This document shows, piece by piece, positions 9,137 through 18,933 of a stretch of DNA of 64,000 bases (its first letter is position 1; the number at the start of each line of letters is the position of its first letter). The notes beneath the pieces are model-generated. The model did not search any database. It saw only the letters and a list, made by a program, of their open reading frames with translations, and was not told where the DNA came from. The DNA is from Bryobacterales bacterium (GTDB lineage: Bacteria > Acidobacteriota > Terriglobia > Bryobacterales > UBA6623): contig OZ241376.1 of assembly GCA_965200705.1 (NCBI GenBank), positions 2,367,557 through 2,431,556 of the forward strand, given 5' to 3'. The translations under genes were made by a program, and so were the position numbers.

Positions 9137-11081
9137 CCATCGTGACCGGGTGGCTGATGCGGTCGTCGGCGACGATGCGGAGCTGAGCGGTTCCCGGCCT
9201 CGCGGCAGCGGGCACCGCCACCTCGACCAGGTAGATGCCGACGTAGCCCGGCGCAAGCCGCGCCGACAGGACCTCGACCCGCTCGTGATCCAGGCTGGCG
9301 CCGATCCGCGCCGTGGGGCGCGGTGAGTTGCTTTCGGGTGCCGGAAGGCCAGTTGGCCACTTGGGCTCGACCGCTCCGAGGCCGGCCGCCATGACCAGCA
9401 CGCTGGCCCCGGGCCGGGCCGGCCGCCGCCAGCCGACAAGTCCGCCGGAGACAGCGTCCAGCACAAGCGGTTCGCCTCCAACCACGAAGATCGCCGGGGC
9501 GGCCGACTGCAGTGGCAGATGCAGCACATGGTCCCTGTCGTTCGCGTCCAGTTCGACTCGCAGGGATCGGCCACGTACCTCGAACGGGACTTGGAGCTGG
9601 GTGCGGTTCTCGCCAGTTGCGAGGACCGGCGCAGTTCGCCCGCCCGCTGTAGCTTGTGCGGCTGTCGCCCCTAGGATCGTCAGCAGGCTTCCCGGGGCAG
9701 CAGCTCCGGGCACGAGGTTGGCGGCGCTGAGCGCCTGCAGGGACCGCTGAATCTGCGGCAGTCTGCTCCAGAACACGCCGTGCCCTGGCGAACTGGCATA
9801 AATTCTGCCGCGCAACGGATCGAGCGCTAGGTCGTGGATCGCACCCATTGTGCGGTCGGCGGTCAGGTTGAGCCAGGTCCCGGCGGGGCCGGGCTCCGTC
9901 AGGCTGACATCGCTGTAGTAGACACCCAGGGGGCCCCCAACGTAGGCGGTGCTGGTCGCGGAGTGCCCCGCGACCACCCGCCATCCTGAACCGGGGAGGT
10001 TCGAGCTTATGTCGAACCACGAAACGCCTCCGTTGGTCGAGCGCAGGACTCGGCCGGCGACGACCGCCAGTGCCGACTCCTTGCGCTCTGGATCCGCCCA
10101 GACACCAGTGACCGTCCCCAGTGCGAGGTCCCTCCAAGCCAGGTCCCAGCTGGATCCCTCGTCCCGGGAGACCCAGATCCGGCCGTTCGTGGTGCCGGCC
10201 CAGAGGTGCCCATTGGACGCGAATGCGGAGATGCCTACCTCCGCGCACTCCGGTCCTCTGCCGCAGCCGGTGAGGTCGCCCGAGACCGGCCGACCGTCGC
10301 GCCATACCCGGTGCGACAGCGCGTATCCCGGTGGAGTCGTCGGAGGCTGGCCCGGTACACGGAGCCGGTCCTCCGCTGGCAGCTCCCCATATTCGGATGA
10401 GCCGCCGGGCTGGGCCTGCCATCTAGGGCCTGTGGCCGTGCGGACCAGTGCGACTGCACCGATGTACTCAGCCTCGAGGGTCGGGGTGCCCGGAGCAAGC
10501 ACAGACTGGAAGCGTGTCGCTGGAAAGTTCGGCAGCGCGCCGTTTAGGCTGCTCCACGTCACGCCCTGGTCGAACGACTTCCAGAGTCCGCGCGAGTTGG
10601 CGACGACGATCAGGTTGGGGTCGACTGGCGAAACGGCCAGCGAGCGCTGCCAGCGACCGATGACCGATGCCGGTCCCAGTGCGGTCAAGTTGATCCACTC
10701 CTGCCCGTCCTCGGTGCGGTAGAGGTGTTCGCCGAGTGCATAGGAGACGTTCGCCTTGTATGGGTTGTTGACGATCCGAAGTGGCGGACCACCGGGAGCT
10801 GGCGCCAAGGGCCCGGCCTCAGCAATTGCACGCGCACTGTCCTCGACCTGCTGCCACGACAGCCCGACATCGAGGCTCATCCAAAGCTGGCGGCTTGCGA
10901 GGCGGGCATAGAGCCGGCTGCCGTCGGCTGAGTACCAGACGTAATCCACAGGGCGGCCGGATGGTCCGGCGAGGCCCGTGTCGATTCCCGTGCCCCCGAG
11001 CTGGGACCAGCGCGTCTCCGCAGCCGGGCCCAAGGAGGCCGCCACCAGTGCGACCGTCACGACTGCGAATGCCCTGTGCAT
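9114..11081 (-). CDS. Secreted Asp-box (BNR) repeat protein with Solibacter-type TIGR03437-like C-terminal domain
   Basis: Asp-box-like SxDxGxxW repeats (SFDQGVTWSSL, STNGGVSWFDI, SRDEGSSWDL). The C-terminal roughly 200 aa (PGSLLTILG...APGYVGIYLVEVAVP...) resembles the Acidobacteria TIGR03437 domain. Preferred start is MHRAFAVVTVALVAAS at 11081; the ORF track start is 11102. Confidence 0.75.
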   Translation of the reverse strand: MHRAFAVVTVALVAASLGPAAETRWSQLGGTGIDTGLAGPSGRPVDYVWYSADGSRLYARLASRQLWMSLDVGLSWQQVEDSARAIAEAGPLAPAPGGPPLRIVNNPYKANVSYALGEHLYRTEDGQEWINLTALGPASVIGRWQRSLAVSPVDPNLIVVANSRGLWKSFDQGVTWSSLNGALPNFPATRFQSVLAPGTPTLEAEYIGAVALVRTATGPRWQAQPGGSSEYGELPAEDRLRVPGQPPTTPPGYALSHRVWRDGRPVSGDLTGCGRGPECAEVGISAFASNGHLWAGTTNGRIWVSRDEGSSWDLAWRDLALGTVTGVWADPERKESALAVVAGRVLRSTNGGVSWFDISSNLPGSGWRVVAGHSATSTAYVGGPLGVYYSDVSLTEPGPAGTWLNLTADRTMGAIHDLALDPLRGRIYASSPGHGVFWSRLPQIQRSLQALSAANLVPGAAAPGSLLTILGATAAQATAGGRTAPVLATGENRTQLQVPFEVRGRSLRVELDANDRDHVLHLPLQSAAPAIFVVGGEPLVLDAVSGGLVGWRRPARPGASVLVMAAGLGAVEPKWPTGLPAPESNSPRPTARIGASLDHERVEVLSARLAPGYVGIYLVEVAVPAAARPGTAQLRIVADDRISHPVTMVIGQQQR

Positions 11082-11159
11082 GGGCGGGTTTCTTGGATCC
11101 AAAACAGATCCGTCCCCACCCCTAGCCTAGCCCGAAGGCCCAAGGACCGCTTGCGTATA

Positions 11160-12080
11160 ATGCGGCAGATGCGGATCTTAGCCGCCGTTGGACTAGTACT
11201 CGCCGTGGTTGCAGCGGGCTGTGGCGGTGAGGTCGAAGACGAACAGGACCGTCCCGCGGCGGGCCCGCCGCCGAGCGTCGAGGGCATGGTTCTGGTGCCG
11301 GCCGGCGAGTTCCGAATGGGGACCGACGATAGTCCCTACCCATTCGAGGGACCCGAGCACCGCGTCGTTCTCGACGCCTTCTACCTCGACGAGCACGAAG
11401 TCACCAATCGGCAGTACGCGGCCTTCGCCGCCGACACAGGGTATGTGACAGAGTCCGAGCGGCTGGGCTGGTCCGGCATCTTCGATCCGCGTCGGAACGG
11501 CTGGACCGTCGGCGAGGGCGCGGACTGGAGACATCCCCACGGACCCGGCTCGTCGCACGAGGACATGGCCGACTTCCCGGTCGTGCACCTGTCGTGGTTC
11601 GACGCCGAGGCTTACTGCGATTGGCGCGGGGCCCGACTGCCCTCAGAGGCGGAGTTCGAGTACGCCGCCAGGGGTGGGCTCGACGGTGCAAAGTACGCAT
11701 GGGGCAACGATCTGACACCAGGGGGTCGGCACTTGGCCAACCTCTGGCAGGGTCAATTCCCACACGAGGACCGCGGGCTCGACGGCTACAGTAGTCACGG
11801 GCCCGTCAAGCAATTCCCCCCAAACCCCTATGGTCTATACGACATGACGGGCAACGTCTGGGAGTGGGTCAACGACTGGTTCGCGGCGGACTATTTCAAG
11901 CGATCGCCAGTCGAGAACCCGCAGGGCCCGAGCGAAGGGACCCAGAAGCTACAGCGCGGTGGGAGCTGGCTCTGCAGCCAGAACTACTGCAGGGGCTACC
12001 GCGTGGCGGCGCGCATGACGACCGAGCCGGATTCCGGCCTCAACAACCTAGGTTTACGCTGCGCAGCCAACGCAGGCTGA
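11160..12080 (+). CDS. Formylglycine-generating enzyme (SUMF1) family lipoprotein
   Basis: Lipobox LAVVAAGC after MRQMRIL, VTNRQYAAFAADTGYVTE, RGGSWLC...YCRGYRVAAR. Start moved from 11076 to the ATG at 11160. Confidence 0.85.
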   Translation: MRQMRILAAVGLVLAVVAAGCGGEVEDEQDRPAAGPPPSVEGMVLVPAGEFRMGTDDSPYPFEGPEHRVVLDAFYLDEHEVTNRQYAAFAADTGYVTESERLGWSGIFDPRRNGWTVGEGADWRHPHGPGSSHEDMADFPVVHLSWFDAEAYCDWRGARLPSEAEFEYAARGGLDGAKYAWGNDLTPGGRHLANLWQGQFPHEDRGLDGYSSHGPVKQFPPNPYGLYDMTGNVWEWVNDWFAADYFKRSPVENPQGPSEGTQKLQRGGSWLCSQNYCRGYRVAARMTTEPDSGLNNLGLRCAANAG

Positions 12081-12088
12081 GGCCGCGT

Positions 12089-12520
12089 CTAGCCAGTCGG
12101 CTCGCTTTCGGGGGTGTCCCGGAAGACGGCCTTGAGCAGCGGTGGGGTCGCAAGTGTGGTGAAGAGCACCATCGCCACAATCGCCGAGAAGGTCTCCGGG
12201 CTGAACACAGGTGCACCCGCGACCATGACGGTCGAGCCCACGCCCGCAGTTCGTCGAGATCGCTCTCCAGGCCGACCTGGAACAGAAGGGGGATCACTCC
12301 GATTTCGGCGGCGAAGCCCACGAACGGAGCGTCCACGAGTCCCGTGAACGCGTCCACTCCGACCAGGCTCATGTTGCCGAGAACGATCCCGGTCACGAGC
12401 TCACTGAGCACAGCCGGCTGCCCGAGGTACTCAAACAGCTCGCCGCCAAGCTTGGCGGCCACGAGAATTGCCGCGATGGCGATCAGGAAGTGCGTCGTTT
12501 CGCCGTCGTGTCCACTCGTC
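12089..12520 (-). pseudogene. Internally deleted cation:proton antiporter (CPA2/Kef-like) remnant
   Basis: The N-terminal piece HFLIAIAAILVAAKLGGELFEYLGQPAVLSELVTGIVLG...AEIGVIPLLFQVGLESDLDEL changes frame at about 12245. It then reads a C-terminal last-helix piece, FSAIVAMVLFTTLATPPLLKAVF...TG*. The roughly 300 aa expected between them are missing. There is no canonical start upstream of the first helix. Confidence 0.6.
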
Positions 12521-12646
12521 TGGGAGTTGGCGGCAACTCAGGTGACAGCAAGCACTGCTGCAGCCCGGACCGCTCGATTGCTGAATAGATTCACCGTGAA
12601 ACTTGGGGGCAGACGCACTGGACAGCTCCGTTGGGCGGGAACCCCG

Positions 12647-14062
12647 TTATGGGAGGTGCATCACGACCATCTTTGTCTCGGTCATCTCCTCGATGGCGTA
12701 CTTGGGGCCTTCCTTGCCGAATCCGCTTTCCTTCAGGCCGCCGTACGGCATCAGGTCGGCTCGCCACTGGGTCCCCCAGTTGATGTGGATGTTGCCGGAC
12801 TCGACTTCGCGCGCAAACCGCATGGCGTTGTCGAGACTCTCGGTGAAGACCGCCGCCGAGAGACCGTAGTTGGTGTCGTTGGCGCTCGCAATCGCCTCGT
12901 CAACGGAGTCGAACCGGGTCAGGCCAACGGCTGGGCCGAAGAGCTCATCGCACGAGATCTGCATGTCGCTGCTCACATCAACGACGATGGCGGGTTGCAC
13001 GACCGCGCGATCGCGGCCACCCCCCGTTAGCAGCCGGCCGCCGCCATCGGCGGCTTCTCGGATCCACTGCTCTACGCGTTCCGCGTCCGACTGCCGCACC
13101 ATCGGTCCTACCTGCACGCCTTCCTCCAGCGGATTGCCGGTCGACAGGGCGTCCACTTTCGGCTCAAGGCAGTCCACAAGGTCGCCGTATACCTTGTCGT
13201 GCGCCAGTATCCGCTGGGCGCTGATGCAGACCTGCCCGGCATTGGCGTAACCCGTTGCGACGATGGCGTTGGCGGCCTTCTCGATGTCCGCGTCCGGTAG
13301 GACGATCACCGGCGAGTTGCTGCCCAGTTCCATGGTGACCTTCTTGAGGCCTGCGGTCTGGCAAATGCGCTCGCCCACGTCCCGGCTGCCGGTGAAGCTG
13401 ATCTTGCGGATGCGGGGATCGGAGCACAGTTGACCCCCTATGGCCCCGCCCGACCCCGTGACGACTTGGATCGCCTCGGGGGGAAGCCCCGCGTCCAGCA
13501 GCAGTCGCGCAAACTTCAGGGCGACTAGGGGCGTGTCGGTGGCTGGCTTGAGGATGGCACTGTTCCCGGCCGCGAACGCCGGCCCGATCTTGTGGCAGAC
13601 CAGGTTCAGGGGGAAGTTGAACGGCGTGACGGCCAAGACCACGCCGCAAGGGACCCTAAGCGTGAACCCGAACCGGTTGCCTGTGCCCGGAGCGCCGTCG
13701 AGCGGCACCACCTCGGATCCGAGCCGCTTGGCCTCCTCGGCGGAGCAGACGATTGTCTCCCGCGCACGGTCGACCTCAATGCGCGCCTCGGCGAGGATCT
13801 TGCCCTCCTCCATCGTGATGGTTTGCGCTAGATCCTCCAGGCGTTCCTCCATCAGCTGCGCCGCTCGCATCAGAAGCCCGGAACGCTCGTATCCGCTAGT
13901 GGCCTTGAGCTTTTCTGCGCCACCCACCGCATAGCCCACAGCTCGGTCGATGTCGGTGCTGGCGGCCGCCGGCACGGTGTCAATCTCGCTACCGTCGTAT
14001 GGGTTCAGAACCGGAATCTGTCCGGCGCCGGGGGTCCAGTCCCCCGCGATTAGCATGTCCAT
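12647..14062 (-). CDS. NAD(P)-dependent aldehyde dehydrogenase
   Basis: ALDH motifs (FTGS, ELGSNSP, CISAQR catalytic Cys region). Start placed at the ATG at 14062, with GGAGG 6 nt upstream (GGAGGCAACCCATG). The ORF track start is 14140. Confidence 0.9.
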   Translation of the reverse strand: MDMLIAGDWTPGAGQIPVLNPYDGSEIDTVPAAASTDIDRAVGYAVGGAEKLKATSGYERSGLLMRAAQLMEERLEDLAQTITMEEGKILAEARIEVDRARETIVCSAEEAKRLGSEVVPLDGAPGTGNRFGFTLRVPCGVVLAVTPFNFPLNLVCHKIGPAFAAGNSAILKPATDTPLVALKFARLLLDAGLPPEAIQVVTGSGGAIGGQLCSDPRIRKISFTGSRDVGERICQTAGLKKVTMELGSNSPVIVLPDADIEKAANAIVATGYANAGQVCISAQRILAHDKVYGDLVDCLEPKVDALSTGNPLEEGVQVGPMVRQSDAERVEQWIREAADGGGRLLTGGGRDRAVVQPAIVVDVSSDMQISCDELFGPAVGLTRFDSVDEAIASANDTNYGLSAAVFTESLDNAMRFAREVESGNIHINWGTQWRADLMPYGGLKESGFGKEGPKYAIEEMTETKMVVMHLP

Positions 14063-14175
14063 GGGTTGCCTCCGAGTGGTGCGCTTCCTGGATAGGCCTG
14101 GACCGGCCATGGTGGGAAGCCAAGAGAGGATCTTCCCCACTGCGCTGGGCAGGTGTCAACCAACCCGTGATCCAT

Positions 14176-15727
14176 TACGCCAAGTTCGCCAAGCGAGGAG
14201 CGATTTTGGCCGAATTCGGCGTGTTTTGCGCTGCAAGTCGTTGGTTTTCCATGGCCAGCCCCCTGAAACCCCAAATGCAGTGCCCTAATAACTTACAATT
14301 CCCTGACTCCCGTCCCAGGGCCTGCTCCCATCGGAGCCGGTTCGTCCGCCAGACCCCCACCCGCCCCCGCGCCAAGGGCCAGGAGCCCCACTTCACCCAG
14401 CGCCTCGTCCGCTCCGTCCGCTGCGGCTCCAGGGTGCGCCAGCGCACCCTGCGCAACCTCGGCCGCCACGTCGCCCTGCCGCGCGGGGGCTGGCCGGCGC
14501 TGTGCGCCCGCGTCGAGCGCATCCTCGCCCCCCAGCGGTCCCTCGAGTTCGGGGCCTGCTCCCCGGCGGTCGAGGACGAGGCCCAGCGCAGCGCCCTGGG
14601 CCGGAACGCCCTGCAGCGAGCCAGCGACAGCCTGCTGCGCCACCGCGACACGATCGAGACGCGTCTCCTCCAGCGCGCCGCCGACCTGTTCGACCTGCAG
14701 CCCACCGTCACCCTGCACGGCCATTCCAGGGAGAAGCGCCACGACTGTCCGCCGCTCACGCTGGGCCTGGTGCTGGACGCCAGCGGCTTCGTGCGCCGCT
14801 CCAGGGTCCTGGCCTGCAACGTCGCCGAGGGCGGCACGCTGCAGGCCATGCCGACGGCCTTGGACGCGCCGCCCGAGGCGGCCGTCGTGCTCGACAGGGG
14901 TCTCGCCACGGAGGGGAACGGCGCCTGGCTGCGCGAGCGGCGAAGGAGCGGGCGATGGCGGGGCAGGCCGGCACGCGCCTCGAGACGGCTCCGCGGACGC
15001 TGCACGAGGGCCTGTCGCGCCAAGGCACGACCAGGCGCGTGGAGAAGGTCTGGCAGCGCATCTCACGGCTGCAGGCCCGCCATCCGTCCGCCGCCCCGCA
15101 CTGCGCGATCGACGTGCAGGCGGACGACAGGGGCCGCAACGCGACGGCGGTGGCCTGGAAGCGGCAGCCGCTGGACGGCAACGGGGCGACCCATCCCGGG
15201 GTCCACGGCCTGCGCACCAGCAGCGTCGGCTGGGACGCCGAGCGGCTGTGGCGCACCTGCGTGACGCCGACCGACCTGGAGGCCGTCCTCCGCTCCCTCG
15301 GGAGCGCACTGGGACCGCGCCCGATCCACCACCGCAGGCCCGCGCGCAGCGCGGGCCACCTGTGCCTGTCGGCGCTCGCCTGCCAGCTGGTCCCGGTGGT
15401 CCGGCAGCGCCTGCGGGCGGGCGGGGAGACGGCCCGCTGGACGACGCTGCGCCGTCGCCTGGCGGACCAGCGGCGGGTGACCGCGGTCTTCCGCCAGGCG
15501 GACGGACGCATGCTGCACGTGCGCAAGGCGACGCGGGCCGAGTCCTGGCAGCGGGCGATCCACGAGCGGCTGGGCGTGGACGCCTCGCCGGGCGGGGTCC
15601 GCAGGCTGGTCGTCCAGCCCAGACGACGAAGGGAACATGCACGGAATGCAGTGCCACACGCCTGATTCCGCGACCGCAATGTGCTCATTGCAAAAGACTC
15701 ATGCAATGGGGTGGCAAACATGGGCTA
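14176..15727 (+). mobile_element. IS4/IS1634-like insertion sequence, copy A (internally deleted, no intact transposase ORF)
   Basis: Shares both termini with the copies at 47256 and 53651: left end CGCCAAGTTCGCCAAGCGAGG, right end GGTGGCAAACATGGGC, flanked by TA. Transposase pieces include FVRQTPTRPRAKGQEPHFTQRLV, GHSREKRHDCPPLTLGLVLD and LRSLGSALGPRPIHHRRPARSAGHLCLSALACQL. It lacks the DRTSTCFEG block and about 330 nt of the N-terminal region seen in the other copies, and has a frameshift near 14940. Confidence 0.8.
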
Positions 15728-17249
15728 CAATCACGGATCGTCCCTGGAGCTTTCTGCGGCTGCTAGAGTCAGCCCGGGGCTCGTGCGGTGCTACGTGCCC
15801 GACCACCCGAAGACCGGCCGGGTTGTGGTGCTTGCACCAATGCCGGCCGAGAAGAGCGCCTACGCGCTAGCCCGGTACAGCCGTTCGCCGGACTCCGTGG
15901 CGGACAGCTTGGAGTGGGTCCGTCAGCGCGGCACCGGCAGGTTCCTCGACACGTTCTACTTCCAATACGGTCACGCTTCGATCGCGGATCTGGGCCACTG
16001 CATCTTCTGCTTCGAGGGCGTTTCTGAACTGGCCGCAATCGAAATCGAGGACGAGCAGCTCTGGAATGGCCAAGCCAAGTCGAGCCGCTACCAGGACTTT
16101 TCGGTGGGCGGGTCTATCGTCCCCGAGGAGCTTGCCGGAACCTCCGCCGAGCGCACCTACGTTGAGGCGGCGAACGCCCTGCTGACCGCCTACCTAGACC
16201 TGCAAGCCGCACTGCGCGATCACGTGGCTGCGGAGAACCCGAAGCCCGAGACCATGAAGCCCGGGCCGTACAGGCGCACAATCAACGCGCGGGCCTACGA
16301 CCAGGCCCGGTACCTCCTCTTCCTCGGTGTCGCTACCAACGTAGGCCAGGTCACGAGCATCCGGACGCTTGAGAAGCAGATGCGCCGCATGGGCATCTCC
16401 GAAAGCGCCGAGGTGCGATCGCTGGCCGTAGAAATGCACGAAGCCTGCGCGGCACCGCCTTCCTGCTCGCTGTTCGATGCACCTGCAGCTGACGCTGTGG
16501 CGCCCACACTGGCGAAGTACGCTAAGCCGGACGCTCCGCGTGCAGCGTCGCGCAGACGGGTCGAGGCGTGGGCGCGAGCCAACTTCGACCCTGGATCGTA
16601 TGACATGCCGCCAGACGTCGATCTAGTGCGCCCCTCGGATCCTCTGGACGAGGCCGTTGCAACTTGGATCTACTCCGTCACCGCGCATCCGTATCGCGTG
16701 ATCCTAGACACCGTCAGCGGCTGGAGCCGCCCGCGTCGGTTGGAGGTGCTCGAGGCCGCCCGCGAGGAACGGAAGCGCCGGTCCGATTTGCCCCGCGAGA
16801 TGCATTCGGGGTACCACTACGTCTTCGACATCGTCTGCGATGTGGGCGGATACCGCGACCTGCACCGCCATCGCCGCTGTCAGCAGATTCTGCAGCCGCT
16901 AGGCGACCAGCTTGGGCGGGAACGGCCGCCGATGGTGGACGCTGCTGGTTTGGGCGCCCGCTACGATGCCGCTCTCGATGTCGCGGACCGGGCCCGGGTC
17001 GCGGTCCGCGAAGTGTCCGAGTCGGCCAGCCGCTACCTGCTGCCGTTCGCTACACGGTGCAGGTCGCTATTCAAGATGGACTTCGCCGAAGCGGAGTACA
17101 TCTCGCGCGTGCGCTCGGGGGTCAAGGGGCACTTCTCGTACCGCAAGGTCGCCTGGGAAATGCGCGAGCGGATCGCCGAGGTCGATCCGGAGCTGGCGGA
17201 GCTGATTCACGCCGATCCGCCCTGGGTGGAGGATGCGCTGACGCGCTGA
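15720..17249 (+). CDS. Double-length ThyX (Thy1)-like FAD-dependent thymidylate synthase family protein
   Basis: The C-terminal half carries the ThyX signature region GGYRDLHRHRRCQQ. The N-terminal half is ThyX-like without RHR (YGHASIADLGH..FCFEGVS...KSSRY). The ATG at 15720 lies inside the IS terminal repeat, so the true start is uncertain. The ORF track start 15681 is inside the IS. Confidence 0.75.
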   Translation: MGYNHGSSLELSAAARVSPGLVRCYVPDHPKTGRVVVLAPMPAEKSAYALARYSRSPDSVADSLEWVRQRGTGRFLDTFYFQYGHASIADLGHCIFCFEGVSELAAIEIEDEQLWNGQAKSSRYQDFSVGGSIVPEELAGTSAERTYVEAANALLTAYLDLQAALRDHVAAENPKPETMKPGPYRRTINARAYDQARYLLFLGVATNVGQVTSIRTLEKQMRRMGISESAEVRSLAVEMHEACAAPPSCSLFDAPAADAVAPTLAKYAKPDAPRAASRRRVEAWARANFDPGSYDMPPDVDLVRPSDPLDEAVATWIYSVTAHPYRVILDTVSGWSRPRRLEVLEAAREERKRRSDLPREMHSGYHYVFDIVCDVGGYRDLHRHRRCQQILQPLGDQLGRERPPMVDAAGLGARYDAALDVADRARVAVREVSESASRYLLPFATRCRSLFKMDFAEAEYISRVRSGVKGHFSYRKVAWEMRERIAEVDPELAELIHADPPWVEDALTR

Positions 17250-17255
17250 CCGAAA

Positions 17256-17894
17256 ATGCTTCGTGGCGTCATATTTGACCTTGACGGGACGCTGGGCGAC
17301 ACACTGCCCGTCTGCTACCAGGCGTTCCGAGAGGTGTTCCGCCGCCAGCTGGGCGTGACCTACACGGACCGCGAGGTCCACGCGATGTTCGGCCCCAGCG
17401 AGGAGGGCATCCTTGCACGACTTTGCCCCGACGACCCGGACGGAGCCCTTGGCGAGTACCTAGCTGAGTACGAGCTCGCACACGATGCATGCCCGGGATG
17501 CTTTCCGGGGATCCTGCCCGTGCTGGACGACTTGGCCGAGCGTGGCAGCAAGCTGGCGATCGTGACCGGGAAGGGCCCACGCAGCGCTAGGATTTCCCTG
17601 CGCCGGATGGGTTTGGAAGGCAGGTTTCCTCTTGTCGAGGCGGGCTCGCCCGTGGGTGGCGTCAAACCAGAGGCTATGCGCAGAGTCCTCAGTCAGTGGC
17701 GTTTGGATCCTTCGATGGTGGCGGGCGTCGGAGATGCCGCCTCAGACATCCGTGCGGCACGCAGCGTTGGGATCCGCAGCGTCGCGGCCGCGTGGGCGCC
17801 ACGCGCCGACTCCGCCGCCCTCGCAGCTGCGAACCCTGACGAGCTGTTCACAGATGCGAACGACTTGCGCTCGTGGCTGGCGCCGCTCATGTGA
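17256..17894 (+). CDS. HAD-superfamily hydrolase (phosphoglycolate phosphatase-like)
   Basis: Motif I VIFDLDGTLGDT, later VTGK and GDAASDI motifs. Confidence 0.85.
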   Translation: MLRGVIFDLDGTLGDTLPVCYQAFREVFRRQLGVTYTDREVHAMFGPSEEGILARLCPDDPDGALGEYLAEYELAHDACPGCFPGILPVLDDLAERGSKLAIVTGKGPRSARISLRRMGLEGRFPLVEAGSPVGGVKPEAMRRVLSQWRLDPSMVAGVGDAASDIRAARSVGIRSVAAAWAPRADSAALAAANPDELFTDANDLRSWLAPLM

Positions 17895-18924
17895 TCAGCA
17901 TGCAGTCGCCGTAGGAATAGAACCGGTATTTCTCTCTCACTGCGTGCGCATAAGCCGCTAGGACGAGTTCGTGGCCGGCGAACGCAGCCACCAGCATCAG
18001 CAGCGTCGACCGAGGCAGATGGAAGTTCGTCAGCATGGCGTCGACTGCCCGGAAGCGATATCCAGGCGTGATGAACAGATCCGTCTCGGAAGCGGTGGGC
18101 TGCACGGTGCCATTGGCCTCTGCGCTGGCTTCCAGCGCGCGCACGGCGGTCGTGCCGACGGCAACGGTGCGGCGGCTGGCGTGCACTGCCGCGACGACCT
18201 CGGGAGACACCTCGAACCTCTCGGCATGCATGTCGTGGTCTTCAACGCGATCCGCAGTGACTGGTCGGAACGTGCCCAAGCCCACGTGCAGCGTGAGTTC
18301 GACGACCGCCGTACCTCGCGCCCGCACCGCCGTGAGAAGAGGCTCGTCGAAGTGGAGACCCGCGGTCGGGGCAGCGACCGAACCGCTCTGGGATGCGTAC
18401 ACAGTCTGGTATCTCTCATGGTCCTCTGAGTCGTCCTCACGGCGGATATACGGCGGAAGGGGTACACGACCTGCGGCAGACAGCAGATGCGCGACCCCGC
18501 GTTCGCCGAGTCCTTGGAACGCAACCCAGCGAGTGCCCCCGCCGGCTTGGTGACCGATCTCCGCCACGGCACCTTCCAACTGCACCTTGGACCCCGCCGG
18601 GAGCCGTCGGCCGGGTCGCAGAAGAGCCTGCCACCGGGTCGGGTCGCGTTCGTCTGGCTTCAGGACGAGGATCTCCGCGCCACCACCAAGGCTGCCGTCC
18701 GCAGCGATGCGCCGACCGTGCAGACGCGCTGCCATGACGCGGGTGTTGTTGAGTACTAGGCAGTCTTGGTCGTCCAGTAACGCGGGCAGGTCACGCACGA
18801 ATGCGTCCGACCAAGTGCCGCGCTTGCGGTCGACCACCAGCATGCGGCTCCCGCTCCGCTCGGCGAGGGGCCGCTGCGCGATCAGTCCGTGCGGTAGCTG
18901 GAAGTCAAAGTTCGCGGCCAGCAA
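17887..18924 (-). CDS. queA: S-adenosylmethionine:tRNA ribosyltransferase-isomerase
   Basis: FDFQLPHGLIAQRPL..R..SRMLVV, PLPPYI, TNFHLPRSTLLMLV, FYSYGDCMLI. Confidence 0.95.
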   Translation of the reverse strand: MLAANFDFQLPHGLIAQRPLAERSGSRMLVVDRKRGTWSDAFVRDLPALLDDQDCLVLNNTRVMAARLHGRRIAADGSLGGGAEILVLKPDERDPTRWQALLRPGRRLPAGSKVQLEGAVAEIGHQAGGGTRWVAFQGLGERGVAHLLSAAGRVPLPPYIRREDDSEDHERYQTVYASQSGSVAAPTAGLHFDEPLLTAVRARGTAVVELTLHVGLGTFRPVTADRVEDHDMHAERFEVSPEVVAAVHASRRTVAVGTTAVRALEASAEANGTVQPTASETDLFITPGYRFRAVDAMLTNFHLPRSTLLMLVAAFAGHELVLAAYAHAVREKYRFYSYGDCMLIT

Positions 18925-18933
18925 GCCGTCATT

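Noticed and set aside
8429-10422. Antisense ORFs of 381 and 522 aa overlapping alr and the BNR-repeat gene
   Set aside because: Low-complexity translations. They are fully explained as shadow frames of the two confident genes.
14293-15721. ORFs of 454, 387, 321 and 198 aa on both strands inside IS copy A (and the equivalents inside copies B and C, for example 46700-48355 and 47262-48905)
   Set aside because: These are shadow frames of GC-rich IS DNA with no protein-like composition. The only recognisable coding signal is the fragmented transposase.
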